A DNA stretch of 64,000 nt. Source: Lophium mytilinum (taxonomy: Eukaryota). The DNA lies in NCBI GenBank assembly GCA_010093605.1, contig MU004192.1:690882-754881 (forward strand), given 5' to 3'. The translations under genes were made by a program, and so were the position numbers. The notes below the pieces were generated by a model. That model was not told the origin of the DNA. It saw only the letters and a program-made list of their open reading frames with translations, and did no database searches. Shown in pieces: positions 48,152-59,711 of the stretch; positions within the stretch are counted from its first letter, which is position 1; each line of letters begins with the position of its first letter.

Positions 48152-51100
48152 CTACGCCCGCTGGTTGAAGAACCAACTACTCCGCTTCCCGCCCTGCTCC
48201 TGCGCCTGCACACTCGCGAGCGTCTGCAGCGCCGGCCCGCCCTGCGGATCCACGCCGCCGCCGCCGCCTCCACCACCACCGCGCAGCGGTTTCGCGATGC
48301 GCGATGCGGCGCCGCCGAACGCGAAGCTGGCGCCTGACGTCGGGGAGCCGAGGCCGCGAGTGGAGCCCTGCTTGGCGGCCTCGAGGCGCTCCTTGACGGC
48401 GGCAAGCTGAGCTTCGAAGCTGCGCAGAAGTCAGTACGCTTGCAACCAATGCGGGAAAGGGAGGGGAGTAAAGAGAGACAGACTCGACATACCGGTGGTT
48501 CGCCTGCGTGAGCTTCTCCTGGCTGTCTTGGAGGAGGGCTTCGAGGCTCTGGATGCGTTCGTTGCGGGCGATGAGCTTGCGCTCTGCGATGGCGACTTCT
48601 TTCTTCAGGCCGCCGTTTTGCTCGACGAGCTGGCGCTGGACGACGGTGAGTTGTTCGAGGTTGCGCTCGAGGAACATCATCTTCTTTTGCTGGGCGCGGT
48701 TGTTGGAGGTGCGGAGGACGTTGTTGTATTGTTCGCGCGTTTCGTCGAGGGAGATTTCGAGTTCGACGACCTGGACGTGCGGATTAATACGGGAGTACTT
48801 ACGATAGATGGATTGGCCGGAAAAGTGGATGTATGACTTACCCTCTCACACCTGTTCTGCAAGTCGCGCATCAGGCTCTTCTTCATGTTGTCAAACTCGG
48901 CAATCTGCTGCTGCACCGTCTTGCCATTGACACCTCCACTTGCAACGCCGTTCACGATAGCGCCGCTCTTCAATCGCTGCTGCATGGCGTCGACTTCAGC
49001 CTTTAGCTTTGCGTTCTCATCCAATGTCCTGTGCAAGTCGTCCCGCAGTTCAGCTTCTAGCTCCGCCTGGCCCTCCTGCTTCGCGACGTAGGCATCTGCA
49101 AGGCGGGCCTTGACCTCTTCAGTGTCGGCCTCAGAGAGATTACTCTCGAGGAGATGCTCATAGTCCTGTTGCAGCATAGCAAAACGATCCTCGAGCGCCT
49201 CCCTTCGTCGCATGTGGCCCTCGTCCGCTTCGCCTCGTGCGGTAATGGAGAGCTCCGCCTGTCGGACTATTCCTTGTGTCTCTTGCAGTCTATGTCGGAG
49301 GTCCTTGAGCGCGTCCGGAGCGATGGTTCCACCACTGCTGCTGATGTCGTGAAGCGAGTCGACCTGGTCAATCAGAACTCGAAGGTTCTTCTCGTTGTCG
49401 CTGAAGACCTCGCCGCCCATGTCGAATCCAGCCATCATCTGCGCCATGCGCTCTGCTTTCTTCTTCTCCTTCTCGTCCAGTAACGCACTAGTCTCCTTTG
49501 CACTCATCTTTGCATCTAGGAGATGCTGCTTGGTATCGTCGAGTTCGGCTGTAAGTTCCGAGTTCGCCTCTTTCAAGCCGTCCATAGTGATTTGCGTCTC
49601 CTTGAACTCGAAGTTAAGCTTCTGAACTTGCATCTTGATCTCGTTGACCTCGGTAGTCAGCTTCTCGTTGTCTTTGTTCAGCCTACCCTCACGCTCTTTC
49701 GTATCTTGCAGCTGCTCTGTGATTGACTTTAATTTGTCCTCAGCTCTCGTTATTTGAGTCTCTTTCTCAGCGATCTGGTCCTGTAATTCGTTTTCTCGTC
49801 GTAGGAATTCTTCTTTCTCATCTTTTTCTAAAGGAATACTTGGCGTGCTTGCTCGTTCTAGTTCTAGCCTTGAGTCGGGTCTTGAAGGTGTCTCCGATCT
49901 TGTGCTTGCAAGTCTCGAAGGTGTGTCTGCTCCAGATCTCGGCGGTGGTGCTCTCCTGGCGGTTGGGTCTTGTGATAACGATGGCGTCCATTTTTCTTTC
50001 GGTACTGCCTCGCCAATACGCCATAGGCTTACTTCTCCCTCCAAATTCGATATGTAGCTCTCAAATGTTGTGACCTGGCTCTGTATCTTCTTGAGCTGCA
50101 TCTTCAGTTCCTGAGGGCTAAGTTCCGCATTGACCTTGGCCTTGTTCTTAATCGACTTCGCTCTGACACCAAAGCGTAGTGTCCCAAGAGTTTCCTGGTC
50201 ATTGTAGCTACTCGGCGAGCAATTGATGATGAGCGTCGTCCTTGAATTACCACCCAGTGATTCTTGAAGAATACGCGTGAGCTTCGAGTCTCGATACGGC
50301 ACGTGCGTCGACTTTCCGTCCGTCAACGAGTTGATGACCATGCCCAACGCACTCAAGCTCTTGTTAATCTTCTTTGCCTCCTCTAGTGTTTGCCCGCTGG
50401 CACCTGTCTTCCCAATCTTCTCGCTACCAGCTAAATCTACCAGGAACAGCTGTCCGCGCTTCGCCGACCCTGTCTCGACATTCTTCTGCTGGATGGTGAT
50501 GACGAAGATGGAATGTGACCGCGACGACTCCTGATTCATATTGGTTGCCGCAACCGCGCGGGCCATACCGCCTCGCCGCAGAACCTCATACACCTCGTCT
50601 ACGCTCGTCACGTAGACCTCTAGCAACCCCTTCACATACACACCCCTCGTCTTGTCCTCGTGTACGGGTAAGTTGTCGTTTTGCGGGGCTAGCAGATCAC
50701 GGATTCGCTCCATGTAAATCTCCATGTAGCTGACCTGCACCATGAACTCCATATTGCTCCCACTTGACATGATACTGGCGAAGATCTGGTTGACGATGCG
50801 CGGTATGACTCCCTTGCCCTCCTCGTCGTCTATATCGTTGCCCATCATCGTGTATGACTTTCCCGCGCCTGTCTGCCCATACGCAAACACGGTTCCGTTG
50901 TAGCCATTAAGGATGTCGTCGACAGTCGAGCGGATAGAGAAGTCGAACACGTCGGCCTGCCGCGAAGCCATGTCGAAGACGCGGTCGAATGTGAAGGCCC
51001 CGGAGGCCTCCCCAGACTGGATATCCCATCGTCAGTTTCTGTAGCGCTCCCGACTAAAGCTTGGGGCATTTTCCTCGATGCCGGTGCCGTACCTGGATAT

Positions 51101-51348
51101 TACATGTGTCATCTGTCTCGAACGATACTATGCTGTCGCCTCCGCTGGCGAGTTCCACCTTGTTCTGCGGCCGAAACCGCGCAACCACTAAGTCGGCGCG
51201 TCAGCTTCGAGATTCTAGTATAGAAAGATGGAGGCATCTTCGGAGAAGGTGAAATAGCCGCAGACGAACCCTTGATGGTGTTGCTCCTATACAGGCACAT
51301 GTATTAGCTTGCGTAGTCCTGAGGTCGGTGAGGGTGAACGTACGCCAT
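48152..51348 (-). CDS. kinA: Kinesin-1 (conventional kinesin) heavy chain
   Basis: VARFRPQN, P-loop GQTGAGKS, NQESSRSH, DLAGSE, HVPYRDSKLTRILQESLGGNSRT, coiled-coil stalk, tail RIAKPLRGGG and KRSSWFF. Confidence 0.95.
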
Positions 51349-52126
51349 GATTGCGATCTCAGCACGCCTCCAGCCCAGCGGCGAGCTCGTGCAAACCTAT
51401 AAAGCGGGAGCGGTCTAGCTGGAAATTTGGTGGTGCAGCTGCGGGCTCGCTGTCGTGATACGTGGAGCGGGTCGACTCGATGTTTTCGCGCGTGTCGGGT
51501 GCAGGTCCTATAGCGGCGGGGTCTATTACAATAGGGGAAACAAAACAAGGGCTAGAGTTTCAGCGGCGGGCGGCGTAGGGTGAGCTGTGATCCTCGAGCA
51601 GGAATTGGGGTATTACGCGCAGTAAGGGGATGTCTCGAGGCAGCGAGGGTAGTGAGGTGGGTTGTTGACTTGGTTTGGTGTGGCTCTAACATTGCCCTGC
51701 GTCGACTCCCGAGTCTCGGCGTTCACAGCACCGCGGTGGAGGGGTCACTTAAGTTCACATCAATGCACATATGGTATTTGTCGAATGCAGGTAGTTTGTC
51801 GTACAGAATTCCGCTCAAAGCGCATTCATTGTACTATGCCATAAATTCGCTGGTGTCCGCCGACTGCTAGTCCAAGACAGAAATCCCAGGTAATTCGCCC
51901 TAAAGAGCTGAGTGGACCTCGTACAGATCCAAAAGCAGCAGATTTGCGCCACGAGCAGTGAGACCGATGCTGAACTCCAGATTCCAAGACGCCTCGCTGA
52001 ACGAATGATGGGCTAAGGAAACATCCTGCCATTGCAACCCCGTTCAACATCCAAGCCCAGTTCCTTGCAGCCAGGCCTGCACGCACTATGAGAAGAAGAG
52101 AGATGCTGTGAGCTGGAGAATGAAAT

Positions 52127-52816
52127 CTAGTCTTCCCAAGATTTCTCAACGGTCTCGCGGACACGCTTGGTGTACTCGCGACGGTTGTCCTTGTACAGGT
52201 TGGAGGCCTCGACGTTGGCGGGAGATGATGTGTTCGGGTCGTTCAACAAGCTATGACACGCATTAGCTTCTCATGCACTTGATCTCACTATCCTCGGCCT
52301 GGCTGAACTAACCTCTGAATGCTAGTGAGGATAGCCGCGACGTCGTAGGTCGGAGACCAGCGGTTCTGAAGGATGTCGAGGCAGAGCTCGCCGGTGCCGT
52401 ACACATTCGGGTGGAACATCTGGCTGATGAACTTCACTCCCGGGGGCTTGTTCGGATATTGTTCTTCGAAGTGCATGACGAGGCGGAATGTGCCATCTTC
52501 GAAGGGGGTGTCTGCGGGGCCGATGATAACAGCGTTCCTATGAAGTGTTCAGTGAATGCCCAAGTGCATGCGGTCGTGTGCGGGGCGGCCCGTACCAAGT
52601 CATGACGTTGTCGGCGATAGGAGAGGCAGAGACACCCGCGGGAGGATCATTCTGCATACGCTGTATCCATATACTATTAGCATGAAGTTCTTGAAAGTGT
52701 GTAGAACTGGAGGGCAGGTGGTGGGACGACAGCTCGAGTCCCCCAGAGCTGTCTAGTCTCGTGCTGTCACGTACCTTGAAGTCACGCATGAGACGACGAC
52801 GGGCGGAAGTTGACAT
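52127..52816 (-). CDS. RAD6: Ubiquitin-conjugating enzyme E2 Rad6/Ubc2
   Basis: [56 protein letters not shown]; ends [13 protein letters not shown]. Confidence 0.96.
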
Positions 52817-53848
52817 GACGACGATCTAGAATACTTGAAGAGAGTTAGCGCTGGGCGAGGTGCGCTCTTGCGAATTCAGGCACGGTTCGGCGGCGACGAG
52901 GCTGGTGTCTGGTGTGAGGCTGGTTGTCGAAGCTTTGAAAGCGGAGTGAGGCGGAGGTAGATATGGAATCGCGGGCGAATCTTAGCGCAGCACGTGCCAC
53001 CACCAAGACCCCACCACGACGCGTGTTGAAGGTGAAGTTGGAGCGGAATTCAGCCATGTTTCAGAAGGGTGAAGCACATTCGAGCATTTGCGCGAATTTG
53101 GCTTCAGCAAGGCATTATCTGGTTGAGGCCGGTCGACCTACCTCACTCAGCGGGAGATGTGCATAAGACACAACCTTGTATGGCAGTACAATGCCAGCTT
53201 CATGGACGACCGCAAGATGTGAAGAGATACATTTCTGAATTGGCATGTGTAAGAGCCATAGCAAGTATCCGCTGTGAATGCCGGAGACAGAAAGGGAGGG
53301 GAATCACAACATAGTAGTTACCAAGACAAAATAAGAGAATGAATAGCAGGGTCAGTAAACAGGAGAGACGGCACAGATAGTATATGAACCTCAGCATGCG
53401 AGGCAGAAGTAAACATCACAGCGTTGCTCATGGAAAGTATATATACGGATGGACACACTTCCAAATTGTTAGGATGACTCTGATCGATCCATGATTAAAA
53501 ATATCTACCACACGAACTACATTAAATATAGAGATCATAAACCCAAGCGTGCTCGGGCCAGCATTGGCGACCACATCTCATCCATGGGTCGCTCAAAGAA
53601 TGCATCCACAGCCGTATTACGACCGTTTTCTGAAAAGTTGCTGTCCTGTCCACGAGGAGTTTGGACAAAGCCTTCCTGGTAGTGTGAGCGCCTCCCGCGT
53701 GACGGAGACGCTGACCAGAGCTGTTGACAGCAAGCAGGTGGATACTGAGAAATCTTTGATATCCTATCATTCTGTTTGCGAGACGGGTCGGAATAGCCAG
53801 GTACTAGCAACCGAGCGTTTCCAATTTGATATTTCAATCTGCAATTTT

Positions 53849-55660
53849 TCATGTTCTCCCAATCCCACTTCCAAGACCGCCGCCCTGTGCCAGAAGCGCC
53901 ATGATCTGCTCCGGTGCGTAGCCGATGAAAACAGGTCCGTTGAAGACCATCTGTGGCTGTGGTGTGGGCTTGTTTGCTTCGGATGATTCAGGCACCGGAG
54001 AAGTCGGGGGAGGCACAAAGGGATCATGCTGTTGCAATTGCTCTGGCAGGATCTGCGGATGTGGTGTTTCAGGAGGGGCAGCATGAGGCGTCTGCGGAGC
54101 TCCTATAGTCATCTTGGTATGGTCGAACGGACAGCCCCCACCAGACGGTTTTGCAGGGGTGTCCGCAGGCATCTCCGTTGCCATGCCCATGTTGAACTTA
54201 GGCTGAGAGAGTGGGGAAGCTGTTGCGGACTTGTCTCCCTCAGATGACGCAACGCTCCCCGATTTAATGCGGTGGTACTTTGAGGGAACCGAAATGCCCC
54301 AGGGACGGCTTGGAGACTCGCCAACACGAATTTCCTTCAGAGGCCGGTCAAAATGTGGCGTGCGGTCCATATCGTCAGGAATATGTACTGCATCCACTTC
54401 TGTGTCCGCGACGGCTTCGTCTTCGTCGTGTAGGCTTTCGCTGACGGCTTTGGCCCATTTCTCAACCCTTTCCTCCGACTGCCGTTCGATGGCCTCATCC
54501 TCATCCTCTTCGGGCTCTTTGGGTAGCCAGGGCTGGTGCTTTACGCCAAGGCCTTGGATCATGCTGACGAGATTGCCGTACTTGGCGTCCAGCTGTTTGA
54601 TGCTCTCAGTATTAGTCTGGAAGCGCTTGACGCAGACCTCATGACTACGAGGGATTTCGTGCTTGTGGTTCTCAAAGTACTTGGCCACTTCTTCAGGCGA
54701 GTGTTGGTCCAGGAAGCGGATAGGGCAGACGGGTGCTGAGCCCGAGGCTACAGATTCGGCACCAGAGGCGGGACCGACCTGGCTGTCAATACCACATATT
54801 TCAGCCCGGATGGGGTCATGGAACGAGGGTCGTTTCGACCTTCGGCCCTGCTGGCTGATTCGTGACATGGACATGGAGCTCCGGGGTGTAGCTAGAGGAC
54901 TCCCGCCTAGCGGGCTCTGGCGACCGCTTGTGGATATTCTCCTGCTGCCAGCTGTGGCGGCGAATGGACAGCCAAGCCTGCTTGGTGTCCCTGGGATGGT
55001 GAAGTCTTTTTCAAGGCCAAGGGTCGAGTCCATATGCGATCTGCTAGGTGCGGAGACTGAGGTTGAGTCCCTGTCCGCCGATGGTCCGTTCCAGATTTTC
55101 ACGCCCACCTCGTCATTAGCATTCTCGCGAATCTTCTCTGCTGATATGCCTGCCTGTCGGATGATGTATGCGCGAGTCCGTCTTTCGCCGTCGTCGTGTG
55201 TGGAGAGCTGGGCTAGCCAGTCGGGTCGCGCGACGAGAGGAACGGATGCAGGCTGCTCGAGCTCCTGGAGGAAGGCACGATGGTCCGATGACACGGTGGT
55301 GGGCGAAAATCTCTTCAGAAGTTCGAGATACTGTGCAGATTCGTCAGCTGCGTAGAGCAAAGAGGTCCGAAAGCGTCAGAGGGCATTCAAAGGGTTCAGA
55401 GTCATGTGGAAATATTCTATCTTCGCCGCAGAGCAGCTACAGATCTAGAGCTAATTTGTTTCATCATAAAAGGGGAGCAGAGGGAAGATTTTCCTCGAAG
55501 ACGGGATGAGTAAACGTACTTGCTGCTTCGCCCATGACAATTTGCTCTCGAGCTCGCGGTGCTGGTCGGCCAGCAGCTGGTATTCTCCAGTCAGGGCGAT
55601 GAAGCCGTCGGCGAGCTGCTCGGCCACCTGGAGGGTAGTTGGCGGGTGGGTGGTAGCCAT
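53849..55660 (-). CDS. Conserved fungal hypothetical protein
   Basis: Coiled-coil first exon (LTGEYQLLADQHRELESKLSWAKQQ), then GCPF, CPIRFLDQHSPEEVAKYFENHKHEIPRSHEVCVKRFQ, SPSRPWGISVP and MVFNGPVFIGY. Confidence 0.75.
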
Positions 55661-56240
55661 GTTTGGTGATGGGAATAGGGCAAACAGTGAACAAGGACGG
55701 GGAGGTGAAGGTGGTGAGACGATCAGGCGGCGGCGGAATGCTGGCCCCGGCACAGCGACGAGGCGGGCGAGGGGCGTGTTCGCACCACAAGAGCGTGCAG
55801 AACAACCATCCGTCCTCTCCCAACCCGGCCTTTGCAGAGTCTGCGGGTCGCGTCTGTGGTGTTGCAATAATGGACGAAACCCATCCGGCGGTGCGATCGG
55901 CTACCATGCGCCCGGGCCGTGTTTCGAAAAACAAGAGTGGGCCTGAACCGGGAAGCCGCTCAGCCTCACCTTGACGCAGCTCAACATGCTGCGAAGTCCC
56001 CGACACCTGTCAACGACGCCTCAGCCGAGAACACGAACACAGACGCCGCCTCTTGTACGCGTCTGGGAACTGCGTGGGGCCTTATTCATGCCATTGCTGT
56101 ATATCTAGACACTTCACCTTCGTTGTCCTTCTCGTTCCTTCGCTCTCGTCTGATCGCTATTCACCCAAAAGCACCGTTTCTGTTGAGACCTCGTACGCCG
56201 CCTTGAGCCTCCCCAGCAACCGCCACTTTGATATTCCACC

Positions 56241-57451
56241 ATGGGCGGCGACTCTATACACAATTCCCGCATGCGCCAATGGTTTGCCTCAAGCCCTCCT
56301 GTCACCTGGGGCATACGTCAGCTTAGAGAATTGTTGATTGGAGCTCTTCGCCAGGGCCCAATTCCACAACACGTTGCATTTGTGATGGATGGGAACCGGC
56401 GATTTGCCAGGAACAACCATTTGGAGACTGTCGAGGGTCATAACCTGGGCTTTGAAGCTCTGGCGCGGGTGCGTGGCCTCTATGTCTGACACTCCCGGCC
56501 GGCCATGGTGCTAATCTCGCTTCTAGATTCTAGAAGTGTGCTATAAATCCGGAGTAAAAGTAGTGACAGTATACGCCTTTAGCATTGAGAATTTCAAGCG
56601 CTCGAAATACGAAGTCGACGCTCTTATGGAGATGGCCAAGACCAAGTTGACTCAACTGTCACAGCATGGAGCTCTGTTGGACCGATACGGCGCCTCTATT
56701 CGAATCCTCGGACAACGAGAGATGGTCAGGCCAGATGTTCTTGAAAGAGTGGACGCGGCCATCAAGTTGACTGAGAAGAACACAAGGTATGTGTGGAATC
56801 TGTCTCTGGTCATTAGCCTAGACTAACACTACTCTCAGATGCATCCTGAACGTCTGCTTCCCCTACACATCGCGAGAAGAGATAACCGGCGCGGTCCAAA
56901 AGACTGTCTCCGACTTCAGCAAACCAATTCCACCCCCGCTCAAGCGTCCCTTCTCCGAAACTCACATAACCCGCAACCTCCGCGCGCAAACCAATAACTC
57001 AGTGCCCGAGGACGCACATTCCCAAAACTCAGTATCCCGCTCCGCGTCTACCTCCTCTTCCAAGTCCTCCCAAGATCAGGCTCACGATTCTAGCTCAGCC
57101 GATGCCGACCCCGAATCCTCTGCACCTACTCTCGTGGATCCTGCCGACGCCCATGACAAGATACGAGAAGTATATCCAGACTCGGAGTCAATCACAGCCG
57201 AAACTTTGACCGCGAACATGTTGACGGCCGAAGCGCCGCCACTGGATCTCCTAGTCCGCACATCGGGCGTCCAGCGCCTGAGCGACTTCATGCTGTGGCA
57301 GTGCCACCAGACGACGTCCATCGTCTTCCTTGATTGTTTATGGCCCGAGTTTGATCTTTGGGAATTCCTGCCTGTGCTAGTAGAGTGGCAATGGCAACGG
57401 AAGAAGCAGCTAGAAAACGCAAGAGGTCGGCTACGGGACAAGGAGGACTGA
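56241..57451 (+). CDS. RER2: cis-prenyltransferase / dehydrodolichyl diphosphate synthase (Rer2/Srt1 family)
   Basis: PQHVAFVMDGNRRFAR, EGHNLG, VTVYAFSIENFKRS, LNVCFPYTSREEI, DLLVRTSGVQRLSDFMLWQ, LWPEF. Confidence 0.93.
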
Positions 57452-58147
57452 AACAGGAATGAGACAGCGAAATCGATTGATGATTTTAGATCAAGTAAAG
57501 AAAGCAAGGACGGAAGGATGATATTTTTCGATTAGCAAGCGAGCACTCCTGAGCAGCCAGTCGCACAAGGCAGCGGAAACAAACAGCTGAATCGGTTACC
57601 GCTACGATTGCAACGCAGTCATTGTTTATAGGTCTGGGTAGTATGGGACAGTGTATGTGCATTGATCACTCTCCATACACATCAATACACACTTGATTTT
57701 ATTTTTGCCCAATTTATCCACCTATGCCGATGTCCTGATTTTGCAGCTTGCGGCTGAAGATCTTCGGTTCAGCAGACAACGCCGCGCTGAGCTCAGCTTT
57801 CGAACAAACGATAGCCTACAGCGGGAGCGCTTGCAAACGGCCGAATAGAAGGCCAGACTGCTTTATCGTCAACGCGCTCCATCAGCAGCCACACAAGATC
57901 TAGAACTCTGCTCCGCGTCATCTGATAGACGCCCGCTCCGAGGTAGAAGACGGTGGAGCAATGAATAAATGTGAGGTCCCCGGTCTGATATGAGCCTCTT
58001 GAACATTATCTTATGCTACTACCAACCTCTCTTTTCTACTTCTATCTCGACCTCTTTACCATATTAGGTTTCTCTTCCACACTCTAAATCACAGGCTATC
58101 GACCCCCTCACCTCCCTCCACCCTCGAAAAAGTCCTCTACCACAACC

Positions 58148-59062
58148 ATGCCATCCCAAAACCCCCCAACCCTCCTAACCCTCCCCCCCGAACTCCGCGC
58201 CCTCATCTACACCTTCCTCTACGCCGACCTCACCATCACGCACTCCCTCCCGTCCTCTAACTCCCCCGGTCCCCCGACCTCATCAATCCCCTCAACCCGC
58301 ACCGCCCTCCTCCACACATCCCACCTCCTCCACCACAGCGCCCTCCCCCCCTTCCTCGCCTCCGCCACCCTGGTCTTCTCCTCCACAGAATCAATGCTCA
58401 CAACCCTCCTCCCCTTACCCCGCCACCTACTTACCAAACTCCGTGACGTCCGCGTCACCGCCTTCCCCTTCCCCCTCCGCACAGACCGCGACATGCGCTA
58501 CTACCCCACCCACTCCTTCGCCGCCGCGCTCGCGCTGTTGCCGGGCTTGCAGCTAAGGCGGTTGGTGGTGGAGGACGGGTTTACGGGGTCGGGCTCTTCT
58601 GGGACTGCGGGGGGCGTGGTGACGGAGGTGGGCAGGTTGCTGGCGAGCGACGGGTGGCAGGAGCTAGAGCTCGTGACGACGACGGGAGGGGGGGCGCAGT
58701 GGGCCGGGCTCGCGAGCGTGGGGGAGTGGGATCGGGCGCTGAAGGGGCGGGGCGGCAAAGGGGCGAGTGTGAGCGTGTGGGTGGCGGGGATCGGGGAGGG
58801 GAGGGAGGTGCGGTTAACAGCGAGGAGGGGGAGGGGAGCGAGGATTGTGCGAGAGGGGGAGGGAGAGGGGAGGAGTTGGGCGGAGGTGAAGGGGAAAGGG
58901 GTTCTGGAAGGTGAGGGGGGCTTATTTTCTGGGTTTCCTACTCAGTGGACTGGATTGGAGTGTGCTGACGATGCCTAGATTGCGAGAGGTGGTATTACGA
59001 TGAGGAGGACAGGGCGGGATGGTTGTATGGGGGGTGGAGTCGGCGGATGCAGCTGGCCGTGA
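58148..59062 (+). CDS. Hypothetical protein with N-terminal F-box-like motif
   Basis: TLLTLPPELRALIYTFL. A probable intron at 58911-58978 gives a last exon DCERWYY..SWP*; the unspliced ORF ends at 58978. Confidence 0.6.
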
Positions 59063-59711
59063 AGGCGTTGAGGTGAAAGGCAGGGAAAGGGTTCGAGAAA
59101 TAAGGAGCAATTGAAGGTTAGAAAGTAAGATGGAAAATCGCGCGCTCAACGTCAATACGACTGGAGAGTTTGACGCAATGCGGGTGTTCACGATGAAAGG
59201 TGATCAGCGAAGCTCAGACCTAAACTTGATGACTGTTGAATTCGGGTTGACTGGTCCCACCATACTCGATGATCCGTCTCCAAGATATTCAACTCCTTCC
59301 ACTTCGTATGAAAGCTCATATAGTGATACTGTACAGTGGTTAGATGCCAACCACAACGAATAACAACCCGAACCAGGTTCACCCTTTCCCAATGATATGC
59401 GACTAAACAAAAGAAAAAACGCCGCTCATGTGAGCTTTTAGGTGCCTGAGGATGAACTGAGTCTCCCGCTTGTTACAACGGAATATCGCGAGAGACGTCA
59501 GCAGAGATGAGAGATGTTGGCCGTAGTAACAGCCGTGACACTGTTCCAACGCCGAGGTAATGCAGGTACGAAAATGAGATATGCGCGTCGCGAGGTTTGT
59601 GAAAACAACGTGGAAATAGACACAAGGAAACATGTACACAAACAGAAACCACCCAGACTGGTATCGCAAAGGAAATTTACAGCAATGAAACGCTATCAGT
59701 CAGTGACTAGT

